A stretch of DNA of 64,000 nucleotides from Lama guanicoe (lineage: Eukaryota): the NCBI GenBank assembly GCA_013239625.1, contig MU054323.1, forward strand, positions 6,995,220-7,059,219. The letters run 5' to 3'. This document shows positions 50,811 through 64,000 of the stretch, piece by piece (position 1 is the first letter of the stretch; every line of letters starts with the position of its first letter). The notes under the pieces are model-generated. The model was not told the DNA's origin. It was given only the letters and a program-made list of their open reading frames with translations, and searched no databases. A program made the translations under genes and the position numbers.

Positions 50811-51902
50811 AAAAGGCAAATATAGCCAAAGTAATCCTGAAAAAGAACAAAGCTGGAGGTATCACAATCCCTGATTTCAAACTATACTACAAAATGACAG
50901 TAATCAAAACAGTATGATATTGGCACAAGAAAAGACACATATATCAAAGGAACAGAATAGAGAGCCCAGAAATAAACCCACACTTGCATGGTCAATTAAT
51001 CAACGACAAAGAGGCAAGAACAGCCTCTTCAATGAACAGTGTTGGGGAAATGGGACAACTACATGCGAAAGAATCAACTGGACTACTTTCCCACAGTACA
51101 TACAAAAATAAACTCAAAATGGATTAGACTTAAATGTAAGCCCAGAAACCATAAAACTCCTAGAAAGAAAACATAAGCAGTATGCTCTCTGACATCAGTC
51201 TTAGTAAAAATTTTTTGGATAAGTCTCCTCAGGCAAGAGAAACAAAAGCAAAGTAAACAAATGGGGCTACATCAACCTAAAAAACTTTTGTACAGAGAAA
51301 GAATCTATCAACAAATGAAAAGGCATCCAAATGACTGGGAATAGATATTTGCAAACAATATAAAAGAGTTAATATCTAAAATATACAAAGAACTCAGACA
51401 ACTCAACATCAAAAAAACAAAATAAAACAACCACCCAATTAAAAAATTGGCAAAGGACCTGAATAGACATTTTTCCAAAGAAGACATACAGATGGCCAAC
51501 AGGCACATGAAAAAGATGTTCAACATCATAAACCATCAGGGAAATGCAAATCAAAACCATAATGAGATATCATCTTACATTTGCCAGAAGGCTACCACCA
51601 AAAAGACAACAAATAACAAGTGTTGGAAAGGATGTGGAGAAAAGGGAACCTCCTGCAATGTTGGTGGAATTGTAAATTTGTGTAGCCACAATGGAAAACC
51701 ATATGGACGTTTTCCTCCAAAATAAAAATAGAACTGCCATATGATTCAGCCATTTCACTTCTGGATGTTTACCTGAAGAAACAAAAACACTAATGCAAAA
51801 AGATACATGCACCCCAGTGTTGACTGCAGTATTATTTATAATGGCCAAGATATGGAAGCAACCTAACTGTCCATCCATAGACAAATGGATAAGGAAGGTG
51901 TG

Positions 51903-51903
<1 letters not shown>

Positions 51904-51936
<33 letters not shown>

Positions 51937-51982
51937 ATCTATCTATACACATCATACATATAGATACACACACACACGCACA
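51904..51982. repeat. (GT)n ... (AC)n compound microsatellite inside L1
   Basis: Read directly from the sequence; other short dinucleotide tracts at ~13690-13714, ~19586-19600 and ~30732-30749. Confidence 0.9.
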
Positions 51983-53539
51983 ATGAAGTGTTACTAAGCT
52001 ATTTAAAAAAGATGAAATCTTGCCACTTGCAAAAATATGAATAAATCTAAAGTATTATGCTAAGTGAAATAAGACAAAGAAAGATAAATACCATTTGATC
52101 TCACTTATATATGGAATCTAAAAAACAAAACAAACAAACAAAACAAAATGAAAACAGATTCATAGATGCAGAGAACACATGGGTGGTTGCCAGAGTGGAG
52201 AGGGTGGGTAAATCATATAGGTGAAGGGGATTAAGAGGTACAAACTTTGAGCTATAAAATAAATAAGACACTAGGAAACACTATACAGCATAAGGAATAT
52301 GATCAATAATATTGTAATAACTTTGCATGGGGACAGATGGGTACTAGACTTGTCCTGGTGATCACTTCATACTGTATGCAAATGTCAAATCATTATGTAA
52401 TACACCCGGAACTAACATAATATTGTACGTCAACTATATTTCAATAAAAAAGATAGGCACAATTGAGTATATACAAATAATAAAAGCAATTGTAAGGTAA
52501 AATATAAAAGCATTAAAAGACAATATACTGGGGCAAATATTTGTAGCTCATATGACAGGCAAAAAGTCAGTAACTCTAATGCCCCCAAACCAGAAAAACA
52601 GGTATGAAAGAGACATCACTCAACAGAAAAATGGATAGGGACTATAAACTGGGCAATCCACAGAAAAGAAAATCCAGAAGTCTAACAAGCATTTGAAAAG
52701 ATGCTCAACTTCATCTGCGGTCAGTGAAATGCAAATTAAAGTAATAATGAAATTACTTCTCACTATTCAGATTAGTAGTAATCAAAAGAATGACAATACT
52801 GTGTTGGCAGGGATTTGGGGGGAAAAATACCAGCATATTGTGGGTAGAAACACTCCTTTTTGAAGAGCAATTGGCAATAGCTACTAAAATTTTTAAATGT
52901 GCTCTTCAACTCAGCAAGTTCACCCCTAGGAATTTAGTCCATAGAAATTAGAGTACTGGTATTTAAGGATATTTATACATACAGAAATGTACTTAGATCA
53001 ACACTATTTGTAGTAGGGAAAAAAAGAAACAAGTGAATTCTCATCAATAGAGGGGATAGTTGCATCTCATGGACTATTACACAACCATGAAAAAGAGCGA
53101 GTGGAGCTATGTCAGATGGGAGGAATTACATAATCTATGTTTAAAAGAGAAAAAACAAACTCCAGAGAAATATATACAATACTGAATGATGTGGGTACTT
53201 TTGACTGCAAATAAGAAAAATCAACTCAACTGATACAACAGGAAAATATTTAATATAACTGGAAATCTAGAATGAGGGCAATTTTCGGAGTTGGCTGCTA
53301 TGAAGAGACAACGATAAGAACATCAGGATCAGATCCTAGAGGACGCTGAGAACTAGGTTGGGGCTCTGGGGTAAACTGATGCCAACACAGAAAACTGAAT
53401 TGGATATAAACAAATACCACAGAGAAATTTCAGCATTCCTCCAAGAAAGGAATAAGCCCTTAGGAATCCCCTTTTTCTTACTGCATCTCCAGAACCTCTA
53501 AAACAATGCTGAATCATAAGAGAAAGTAGTATGTATCCT

Positions 53540-55700
53540 TTTTGTACCAATTTTAAAGGAAATGGCCCTTAGCATTTTACTATTGGTTTAATGATTGCTG
53601 TTTGTTACTAATAAATATTATTTTTCATATTTAAGTGGTTTCATTTTGTTCCAATTTCACTTTTAGTGTTTAGTAGGTTGATTATATCAAATATTTTTTA
53701 CAGTACAGAGAAATATTTTCTCTCATAATCAGTTCATGTAACAAATTATGTTGATTAATTTCTTGATGTTGAACCAAGTTTGCATTCCTGGGATAAATCC
53801 TACTTTCTAACAGTGAAATCTTTTTGATATATTGCTGAATTCTATTTGTGGATATTTAGAAATTTTACAACTCTATGTATATGTGAAAATGGTATATACT
53901 TTTCTTTTTTGATACTGTATCAAGTTTTGCTATTTAAGTTACCCTGACTTTAAATAAATAAACTGGAGTGCTGTTCATCTTTTCCTTCGCATTGGACTAA
54001 TTTAAGTAATCAAAATTATGTGTTATTTAAGGCTTAAATTAAGCTTACTACCTTTTTAGATAGTAAATCTTTTCATTGTTTTTCTAATTCCCTATGTGAC
54101 TGGCTGTTGGGTTTCCTACTTCTTTTTAAGTCAATTTTGGTAATTCACATTTTGCTAGGAAATTCTCCATTTCCTCTGTATTTTGAAATCTGTTCCCATA
54201 GAACAGAATGCAATATTCTCTAATCTTTGCTTTAATTTCTTCCAGTATATGATTATGTCTCCTTTTCAGTACTAATCTTGTAATTTTTTGCTTTCTCTAT
54301 TTTTCTTAAATAAATTTTTAGGCATTTTTTTCTTTTTCATTAATTTTCCCAGGGAATTCTCTCTTTCTTTTGGTCTATTTTGTGTCCTTTTTTCTATTGT
54401 CTCAAGTATTAAGTTCCTTCACTTTTTAAAACTGAGATATACCATACCATAATATTCACACTTTTAAGGCATATAATTCAGTGGTTCCAAGCATATTCAC
54501 AAAGTTGTACAACTATTAAATTCCTTTAGTTTTTATCTCTCTTTTTTGGAAATGAAAAAAATAATACATTTTCCTTTCACTATAGCTTTAAATTTGCCCT
54601 GAAGCTATTTGGCATGGATTCTCTCCTTTTCACAGCTTTTTAGTTATTTTGCATTTGCTTTGATTTACTCTTTGATCCAAGGATTATTTACTAGGGCATA
54701 CCTTAGTTTTTAACTTAAGATTGTTTATCTGTATATCTTCCTATATTTTCCAAATTCTTTAAAAATGCATATGTAGCACTTTCATAACTAAGGCAAATTT
54801 TTTTAAATTACATTTAAATCTTTTATCTTCTAAAATTTATTTTTGAGAAAGGAATTCAATAGGAGTCCACTTCATTCTCAAATAGTAAATAGTTGTTGCA
54901 AAAGCACTTATTAAATGGCCTTTACTTTCCCACAGTTTTACTGTATTTGTTGTAAACTGAATTTCCTTATATGTTTGAGTTTATTTCTTAACTCCATTCT
55001 GTTCCACTGATGTCTCTCTATTTCCTTTCCAGTATCAATAGGAAAAGCTTGATAACTTTCAAAGATGTTTTAACGTCTGGTAGTGTTAGTCTCCTCTCAT
55101 TTCTTTTTCACAATTTTCTTGGCTAGTCTCACATTTAATTTTTCACAAGGACTTTAATACCTTTTATTATGTTTTGAAGAAAAAAATCCTATTGGTATTT
55201 TAACTGGAATTGAATTACATTTGTAGGTAATTTAAAGAATTGACATCTCTAAAATATTGAGTGATCTTAATTAAGGGGAAAGTATATCTTTCCATTTGTT
55301 TAAGTAATTTGCAGTCCCTTTGTAAGTTTGAAATGTTTCTTCAAATAGGTCCTAGGTCCTACCTATTTCTTCTTAAGTTTTAATTTGAGCACTTTATTTT
55401 GGGTGTTATTTAAATTCTACACAATTACAATTTGATACGGTAAAGCTATGAATTTTGTATATTAATTTTGTCTTTTATTGTTTCCAACAGCTTTTTAGTT
55501 AATTCTCTTTGGCTTTCCAGATAAACAACCGTAACATTAACAAATAATGATAATTTTGCTTTCTCCTTTGCAGTGTTTCCTAAGTTCTTTCTTTCCCATC
55601 TAACTGCATTGGTTAATCAATCTAGAACCATAATATATAAATGTTGTGACACTGGGCATTTTAAACTATTTCTAATGTTGTACCATTAAGCACAGTAAAG
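53540..55700 (-). mobile_element. Old antisense L1 ORF2 remnants
   Basis: T-rich, with the motifs TTGCATTCCTGGGATAAATCCTACT and CTCCATTCTGTTCCACTGAT. Confidence 0.65.
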
Positions 55701-56689
55701 CTTTAAAAGTGAGCATGCTCACTTAGCCAGTTTAGTACATAACCTTCTAAAGGCTTTATTCTTTTCTTTTCAATGCCTGGCACATAGTTGACACTCAGTA
55801 AATGTTGACTTTCAGCTATGTTAATACTTACATACATACACACAGACACATAAATAGTACAAGATAATACTACACGGAAAAAAAAAAGACACTAATAAAT
55901 ATTTACTGAGCATCAACTATGTGCAAGAACTGGCCTAAACTCCCATTAACAGCTCTTCTGTAGAGCTCACTTGTAATTGGTTTTGGCAGCATATAATGAT
56001 GGGAAAGAGCGCTGCAACGGGAATGTGAAGACCCAGGTTCCAGTACTGGTTCAGTCACTGATTCGGTGACCTTGGGAGGTTCTTAACCAACAGCTTTCAC
56101 TTACCCTGAAGGAGAGACAATTTGGGTGAAGAGGAGACAGTCTAAAAACTCATGTGGAGAAAGATCTCCGTTCACCCCTTACCCTCCCTCCCCCATACTA
56201 TGGGAGAGCTTTAGCTGATAGCCATAGAAACACCATAGAAAAAGGCAGTGCAACTAAGACTTCTTTGAGATAATGGATGTGGTAACACTACCAGAAATAA
56301 AAACAAAACAAAATAACGCAGGTTCCTTGATTCCCACTGCACCTCCCCTGTGAAACACCTCAGCATGTTATGCTCTCTTACAAATGAAATGTAGATTCTG
56401 GGCTCCATGTCGGCAGAGTAACACCTTATAAACCCCATCCTCACATGCACCCCCGGGAGTTCCCTTCTGCTCTGAAGCCCTCCTGGGGGTAACTAAACTT
56501 TTATTCTCCACTTCTAAATGCTGGACAGGTCACCCAGAACGCAGAAACGATACCCATGCAGGAGAACTGACATAAGGACCTAGGCCTCCTTACTCTCTTT
56601 GGGATACATTCAAGGGGTTAGAGGGCACACAAGACACCTTCTTAGCTGTAGGAGGAGGGCAACGCAAAGGTCAAAAAGGTCAGGAGAGT

Positions 56690-57430
56690 TTTCCTCGCGG
56701 AGCCGCACTGCCCAGGAGGGAACCCAGGCCTGCTAGGGGCGGGGAGGGGGCTGGGCCCCAGGCTGTTGAGTGGCCGCCCTTCCAGCCAATCGGCACGTCG
56801 CCCTGCCGCGCTGAGGTCCCGCCTCTCGCAGCACGGTACTCACTTTTCCCACTTCGGCGTTGCCCATGGAGATGACTTTGATGCGCAGGGACTTGCCAGG
56901 TTCCTTCCGCTTCGGCATGTTGGCCTCCATTGCCCTCGCTCTCTCGGGGCCTCCCGCCTCGGTCTCTCCCTGTTCACCACGCCGGCCCGTCCCTCACGCT
57001 TCCTCGTCCAATGGCGGAACCGCTGTTCTTGCCTCCGCCCCGGCCCGGCGGCTCGCCATCCCCGCCGCTACCTGGCAGCGAGCGCGGACGGTTCGGAGCG
57101 CAGGGAACTGGGGGAGGGAGAAGAGAGTCTCGCGATGCTAGAAACGGGCGGCGTGACGTCATCGGCAGGCCCCAGGGATGCGACTATGGTTACCTGTACC
57201 TTGGGGTTGCGCGGACTGCTCGGGCTGCGTCCTTTGACAGCAAGGTGGCGTCGAGGGGGCCCGAGTTTACTCTTCGTGGAGAGCGAGGCCTTGTGTTCAG
57301 GGGCGTCAGGACATAGATATTGTTAGATTAACAGCCGAGTGGTAGAAATTCATTGGCTATTCAGGGCAGATCCACGGTCTGGAAGTGGCTGGAATTTTGG
57401 CCTAGTTAAAGGCCTAGCGGCGCTGAAAAT
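56690..57430. promoter_or_regulatory. CpG island: DNAJC27 promoter, possibly bidirectional
   Basis: CpG-rich region around exon 1 with a full CRE TGACGTCA (57154-57161), a TCTCGCGA motif (57128-57135) and an overlapping CCAAT/YY1-like CCAATGGCGG (57008-57017). Confidence 0.85.
56844..56930 (-). CDS. DNAJC27: DNAJC27 (RBJ, Rab-like GTPase plus J domain) coding exon 1
   Basis: MEANMPKRKEPGKSLRIKVISMGNAEVGK, 87 nt, start of the P-loop GNAEVGKS; donor AAA|GTGAGT at 56843. Confidence 0.96.
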
Positions 57431-58929
57431 TCCAAGTAGACCGTGGTCAGTTTGGGAGCACTCTTTGTGGATTCTTCAGTCCGTATGGACCCGTCCACTA
57501 ACCACCCCCTTCCAATATTATGTTTCCCTTTAGGTTCCCTGAGAGGCAGGGTCAGGAGCCAGGGAAGTGGGGAATTAGGCAAGATCTGAATCTTGTTCCT
57601 ATCATTAACGAAAAAAAAAAAGTTGTCCTTTTGAGTCAAGATAAGTTTTAGTTTAGTCCTTGATCTTTTATTACGTAGTTCTAATTTTCAGGAGGAAAGC
57701 TCAGACTAAATGTTTCTTACACTCTTCTGGTTCTGTCAAGTAGTGTGTGATCGGTAGCTGTGAGCTCCTTCACTTTCCCTGCTACTCATCCGAACTTAAC
57801 CCCATCTTCTGTTGTCACCTTTCCTTTAGCTGATAATATGACAGTATAATAATAATGAATTCTAGGATAACCACTTTTCTGTTTTCATCCCAAGCGATGG
57901 GAAGAAAAGCATCTGCTAGGGAGAAAAATCAATCCGAGAGAAAATAACTTTTTGAGTCAATATTTTTAGTTTCAGAAACTAAATAGAACTTGACAAATGA
58001 TTATTTAGTGCCCCGAAAAAGAATGGCTGCCAATTTCCTAGTAAATTTCAAGGACGAAGGTAGCATTGATTCTGTTCTCACATAGCTTTAAACATCTTAA
58101 AAGGAATACATTGCAGGAAGATAGTGAATAAAGGCTCCAAATTTTGTATTACTTATTTAAATTAGATTTTCAAGCTTTTTAATTTTAAAACCTTAAATGC
58201 TGTTTTTAAAAAAAGCTTACTTCGGAGTGTTTTCATAATCAACAGGTAATATAACTTAGTCAGTAAAGCTCTTAAAATTCTTTACAAAGATGAAATATAA
58301 GTCCTGGTCAGAATTTTGATAATTTAAAGCATAAAAGAATTGGATTTATACTGATTTTCCAGATGCTGAGCTCTCAGTATGATTTGATAAATCAATAGAC
58401 ATCTGTTTCTTTGATAGTTCACCTTTGACCCTGTAATTGAACTGGTGTTGTGGAAGAATAATTGCAAAATGTCAACTCTTCTAAAGATCAGTTAGGTATA
58501 ATACTATTGAGCATAAGAGCAGTAAAACATGCTGGAGATGAAAATTTCTTACCATTTTTTCATATTGATGTTTTCAAGGTTTGAATATGTATAGCCATAT
58601 TGTTTATTAGGTGTGTTAAATTAGTTTGAAATTGAAAAAGCAAGAAAGTTAGTTAGCTTTCTTTCCTAGCCTAAGATAAAAAGAAGAAAGAGAAACATGA
58701 AATAGCTGTGTATGGAGCTGGAGGATATGGTATAGGGGTTAGGAGCATGAGCTCTGGAGTCAGCCCTCTTCTACATTATGTTGCCATGACATGGCCATAT
58801 GGTGGTGGTAAGGTTTACAGGACATAATGCACATGAATTACATGGTAATCCCCAATAAACAGCAGCTATATGATTTCATTTACTCATGTTTTGTAGTTTT
58901 ACATATTAAGAAAGATTCTACATATCCTT

Positions 58930-61900
58930 TAAAATAAATTGTGAAATATGTTGGACTTACTTAAAGGTGTAACGAATAATGTAATGAATATCTGTGTATC
59001 CATCACCTACCTTAAGAAATAAAATATCCCTGATATTGTAATTTTCCCCAAATGTACATCCCTCTTTCAGCTCTACAAAACATTGCAACTGTATGAATTG
59101 GTGCTTTTAATTTCCAGACATTTACAAATTATTTCACTACATATATATATACACCTTGAAATGTAGTATTATATTGCATCTTTCAGAAATCTTTATTTTG
59201 AAATAATTTCAAAAATTTCAAGAATAGTAGGGGGAAGATGTTGTATACCTTTTATCCAGACTCATTGTTAACATTTTTTACATACACAAATGTACACACT
59301 TTCCTTTTTCTGAATCATTTGAGAGTAGTTTGCAGACATCTTTCTTTATCCATAAGTACTTCAACATACATTTCCTAAGAACAAGGACTTTCTCTTACAT
59401 AGCAACAGTATATTTATCAAAATGAGGAAAAGTACCATTGATACACTATTATCTAATCCCGTGGTTCTCAAGCTGTGCACGAGGTGCCCCATATTTGTGC
59501 GATATTTTACATTCTAAATTCTCAAAGCAAGCAAAACTATTCAAAACTACTTACTCGAGGTTATTTACTATTTGAACAATAGATGGCGCCATATTACTTG
59601 GATATGTCATATATAGAAAGCTGGGTTTTTTCCGTGTTTGTGATAAAAAGTACAGGGCAAAAATCAGTGTAGAACAGGAAATGAGGGTGGTCTTGTCCAA
59701 TCTGATTCCACGGTTTGAGAAGTTATGCAGTGCACAACAGCTGTATAAATCCCATTAGTAAGTAATTGTGGTTATTTAAGAATGAAATAAAAATAACATT
59801 TTTTCTTTCAATTTATGTATATTATTTTTTTCAAATGGCAACTAAATTGCTCGGGCATAAATATTTAATAATTTGTTTGGAACTAGATTTGTTTTTGGCC
59901 AAGGAACACCATGAAAAAATTATTGATACACTAAGGGCACCTTGAACCAAGAACATTTGGGAAACTTTGAACTAATTCACAATCCTTATTCACATTTCAC
60001 CATTTATTCCAGTAGTATTCTCTATAACTATGTTCTTTACCCCTGGTCTGGAGTCTAATCCAGCATCATTTAGTTGTCATATACCTTCAGCGTTCTTTTA
60101 TCTGAAATTATTTTTAGAATATCCCTCAATTTGTGTTTGGTGGATTCCTATGAATAGATTCAGTTATGTTTAGTTGAAATACCACAGGAAAGACATTATG
60201 TCCTCTTAAGGGCATTATCAGAAGATTGGTGTTGTAAATATATTCCATTTATTAATGATATAAACTTTAGTTGGTTGAGGTATAAGGTAGTGTTCACTAA
60301 GTTAATTCACAGTTAAGTGATGTTTTCGCTTTGTAATAAGTAATTTGTAAGGGGATACTTTGAGATTATATAACTGTCCTTTCTTCATTGAACTTTCATC
60401 CACGAAGTTTTAAGAATACAATGATGACTCATGGCTGAAGAGATATTACTATGATGTGTGCAAAATGATAATTTTCAAACTTCATCTTTTCTCCTACATT
60501 TATTAATAGTCTACCATAAGTGAGAGCTTTCCTTTCTCATTCATTAATTTATTAATTTATAACAGAATGGACTCATTTATTCTTATTTTACTCCATGAAT
60601 ATTCTACTACTACTATTATTTATTTTGAAGCTGGCTGTTATATCACTTTGTTATGTTACCCCCCCGTTTTTGTTTTGTTTTGTTTTTTTAGCACTCCCCT
60701 GCTTTCCAGCACAACAATGAGCCCAGGTTTCCTAGGTCCTTTTAGTAGAGAATCGTATTTAGAAACCAAGATCTGGGTGCTGCAGGTGTTCTTGCTACTG
60801 GAGTGTCTTTACTCTGGGCTGTTTCAGTTGATTAAGCAAAAAACAAAACCAAAAACATATGCATACATACATGCATCTATGCATAATATATGGACAATAA
60901 ATCCATATGTTAAAATCTAGTTCATATTGATATCCCCAATCCATTTTAGCACAGCAGGATTCATTTTAGTCTGCCCCCTTTCATAGTTATTACTCCCTTC
61001 TTTAACAGTAAGAAACCTGGCTCTCATCCTCAGTATATTTATTCATTTGCTCAATCTTAAAATACAGAGGAAGCAGTTTCAGAATTGTTAACCCCTACCA
61101 TGTCAAAAAACAGAAACTCTTTGAACTAGAGTTCAATATTTGTTTATAGCTATTTTTGTCTTAAACTGACAAATATAGTTTGTCATATAGTTTCACAGAG
61201 TATTAAGTGTTATGTTCAAAAGTTAATTGAGTTAATTTTTTTATTGTCCTCTTTGGTTCTGTTATGGTTTTCATTTAAAATACAATTAAGTTCATTTGTT
61301 TATGTTTGTACTTTATTTTAGTTTTCCCCCCTTCATTACCATTGACTTTATTAATTTTTTGAATATGTAAAACATTAATGTAGTTTCAAAAGTAACACGA
61401 TACAAATTGGTATACTCGTGTCACTTCCACTCCCTATCTCAATCCTCTATCACTTCTCTCCTAGCTCCTGTGGGCAGCCAATCATATTAGATTCTTGTTT
61501 ATTCCTTCTTGTGTTGCTTTTTATAAAAAGTAAGCAGTTATATATATATTTTTTCATATTTCTCCTTCTTTATTACACATAAGGTAACTCTCTATGTGTG
61601 TTCTTTTGAACTTTGCTTTTTTTACTTAACAGTATATCCTGGAAAGCACCCCATTTTAGCTCACAAAGATCATACTCATTTTTTTTTAACAGTTACATAG
61701 TTCAGTACTCCATTGTGTGGCTATGCCATGTTTTTCCAATCAATATATTTACGAGCATTTATGTATTTTCATATTGTTGTCAGTGTGTCTTCAGGATAAA
61801 TTTCTTAAAAAGTGGAGTTACTGGGTCAAAGGTAACACGTTTACTTTTGTTGTATTTTGCCAAATTCTGTAAGGTAAAATTTTGAGAATTTTTGCATCCA

Positions 61901-62270
61901 TGTCCTTAAGTAATACTGGAATTAAGTAATATTCTTAAGTAACATAACAATAAATTAATTAATTTTGTGAGGACTTTACCTGGTTTAAATTTTAATTTTA
62001 TACTTGCTTCATTAAAAAAGTTTGGAGGCTTTGTTTCATCTTATGTACTCTGGAATAATTTATGTGACAAAATTCATGCATTATGACAGTAGAGAGAATC
62101 ACACAACATGCTAATGCCTCATTTCCCAGCTTCAGCAACATTACCCTGTGGCCAGCCTCGTTTCATCTATACCCACCTCCTTCTCCAGATTATTTTGAGG
62201 CAAACATCAGTAACAATACTCATCTTATGTATCTTTAGAAGGTAAAGCTCTTAATTACAAACATATCCAC
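58930..62270 (-). mobile_element. Fragments of old L1 (L1MC/ME-type) 3' ends
   Basis: TTTCCTAAGAACAAGGAC..TCTCTTACATA, CATTTAGTTGTCAT and TTAGAAACCAAGATCTGGGTGCT motifs. Confidence 0.6.
59459..59969. mobile_element. hAT-Charlie-type DNA transposon remnant inserted in old L1
   Basis: Ends CCGTGGTTCTCAA ... TTTGGGAAACTTTG resemble Charlie terminal repeats; internal GATTCCACGGTTTGAGAAGTTATGCAGTG. Confidence 0.55.
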
Positions 62271-62299
62271 AATACCAGGGCATACCAGGCCGAATTCCA

Positions 62300-62880
62300 G
62301 GCCGGCCTCCAAGTGGCCCCTGGTGTCCACATACCTTCTCCCAGTTAATTAAACACTAATCTGGGTGTTGCCATGAAGGGATTTTGCAGATGGAATTAAG
62401 GTCCCAAATCAGTTGTTTTTAGGATAGCGAGATTATCCTTTCTGGGCCAGACCTAGGTTTCCTAAGGGAAGTTCTTAATGGGACAGGCCTTTTTCTGGTA
62501 AGAGATATTCAACAAGTGAGAGGGATTCAATGTGAGGGAGGTTCTCCATCGATGGCTTTGAAGATGGAGTGAGCCACATAGCAAGAACCTAAGTGTGTGC
62601 TCTCGGAGCTGGAGTGACCCCCAGCCAACAGCCAGCAAGAAAATGGTCACCTCAGTCCTACAACCTAAAGTAAATGATTCTGCCAAAAACCTGCATAAGC
62701 TTGGAAGGAACTCCTGAGCTGCAGATGAGAACACAGCAGCCTTGTGAGATTTCTGACTCAGAGAACCAGCTACTTAGTGCCAGGACTTCTGATCTACAGA
62801 ACTATGAGATGGTAAATGTCTGTTGTTTGAAGCTGTTAAGTTTGCAATAATTTCTTTCAGAGCAATGGAAAACTAATACA
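62300..62880 (+). mobile_element. MLT1D/E-like solo LTR
   Basis: GATTTTGCAGATGGAATTAAGGTC...CAGCCAGCAAGAAAATGG..ACCTCAGTCCTACAAC...GCAATGGAAAACTAATACA terminus. Confidence 0.8.
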
Positions 62881-63299
62881 CACAACTGAAAAGTTTTTGT
62901 CTACAGATTCAATTTCTTAAGAAGCTCTGTTTCCAGTTTGGCAGTGAAAGTCCATACAGACCAAGTCTCCCACTGAAAACTACAAACTCTGAAACTACCC
63001 GGGGATTCTGAAGAGTAATATTAATCAGGCAGAGGACAGAGGGGAGTTAAAAAAACACTCAGAGAAGTGACTGGCATGGGATGAGTTTCTCCTGAGCAAT
63101 ACAAGGACCTTGGAACATCCTGATTGATTAGCCTTTCCGTCTTATGTATTAATCTACACGTTTTTAGCTCTGAGTGTGCACTATACCCTATCAAAGGATA
63201 CGGTTATTATGCAACTATATAGACATCTACACACTCATCCTACTTCATCCCAACAACTGTGTGGCTGAAACAATATTCCCCATCCCATATGGGGAGAAT

Positions 63300-63625
63300 A
63301 TACATAAAATTTACTATTTTAATCATTTTTGAGTGTACAGTTCAGTGGTGTTAAGTACATTCACATTGTTGCACAACTTGTTACTACCATCCATCTCCAG
63401 AACTTTTTCATGTTCCCAAACTGAAATTCTGTACCCATTAAACACTAATTTCCCCTCCTCCCTCCCTCTATCTCCTGGCAACCACAATTCTACTTCTGTC
63501 TCTTTGAGTCTGAATACTCTTGGCACCTCGTGTGAGTAGAATCACAGAGTATTTGTCCTTTTACAATAGGCTTATTTCACTCAGCATAGTGTCTTCAAGT
63601 TTCCCATATGATAGCCTTATAATGG
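63300..63625 (-). mobile_element. L1MB-type 3' end
   Basis: TGTACAGTTCAGTGGTGTTAAGTACATTCACATTGTTG...GGCAACCAC..TCTACTTCTGTCTCT...CTTATTTCACTCAGCATA. Confidence 0.8.
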
Positions 63626-63629
63626 GACT

Positions 63630-64000
63630 GACACTTCTCCCCTTGAGAGGATGTGGTGGTGGTGGGGGGGTCATGTCTTCTCTCCCTTGAATCTAGGTGG
63701 CCTTATGACCACGGTGTAATTGATGTTAGGACACTTTCAAAAACAGGTAATGCAAAGCAATGCAATTTCCTTCTAGTTCTCTTGGAAGGCTCACTCTTTG
63801 GAATGCAGACATCAAAGTGTGAAAAAGTCCCAGCAGTTCATGGGGAGGCCCACATAGAGAGGAACTGAGGCCCTCCACCCCCATCCACAACCACAGCTGA
63901 GCTCCCACATGACTGCTAGCACCAACTTGCCAGCCATGGGACTGAGACATCTTGAAAGTGCCAAACCAGGGAAACAAGGATGCCAACAAGAAGTGGAATA
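63630..64000 (+). mobile_element. MLT1-type LTR, truncated by the window end
   Basis: GGAGGCCCACATAGAGAGGAACTGAGGCC...AGCACCAACTTGCCAGCCATG. Confidence 0.65.

Larger units (their letters stand above)
49900..53100 (+). mobile_element. Nested L1 cluster: old L1 ORF2 remnant interrupted by an L1 tail (50231-50468), a SINE and a younger L1 3' portion (50825-52450)
   Basis: ORF2 C-terminal peptide AKDLNRHFSKEDIQMANRHMKK (51447 onward), AAAGCTGGAGGTATCACAATCCCTGATTTCAAACTATACTAC, and a 3' UTR ending TCAATAAAAAA near 52450. Confidence 0.88.

Noticed and set aside
56766..57326. 186-aa and 128-aa + strand ORFs antisense to DNAJC27 exon 1
   Set aside because: GC-rich island artefacts with non-ATG starts and no recognisable homology

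Overview
This is mammalian genomic DNA, probably from a camelid (inferred from three tRNA-derived SINEs of Vic-1-like appearance), and it follows the ADCY3-DNAJC27 gene order known from human 2p23. It holds two minus-strand genes. The first is the 5' end of ADCY3: a CpG-island promoter at ~5.7-6.9 kb and the first coding exon at 5128-4454, with the rest of the gene off the left edge. The second is the complete 7-exon CDS of DNAJC27/RBJ (822 nt, 273 aa, all introns GT-AG), with a CpG-island promoter at ~56.7-57.4 kb. Most of the remainder is interspersed repeat (L1, L2, MIR, MLT1 LTRs, Tigger/Charlie DNA transposons, SINEs); repeat family names and boundaries are by eye and approximate unless a target-site duplication (TSD) is given. 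I found no convincing evidence of a new biological system. The best leads are local structures: a near-palindromic EYSA repeat forming a predicted hairpin 30 nt after the ADCY3 start codon, a candidate uORF, a TATA/Kozak/small-ORF patch at ~17 kb, a perfect 70-bp tandem duplication, a perfect 15-bp inverted repeat, and a ~400-bp non-L1 insert in an old L1.
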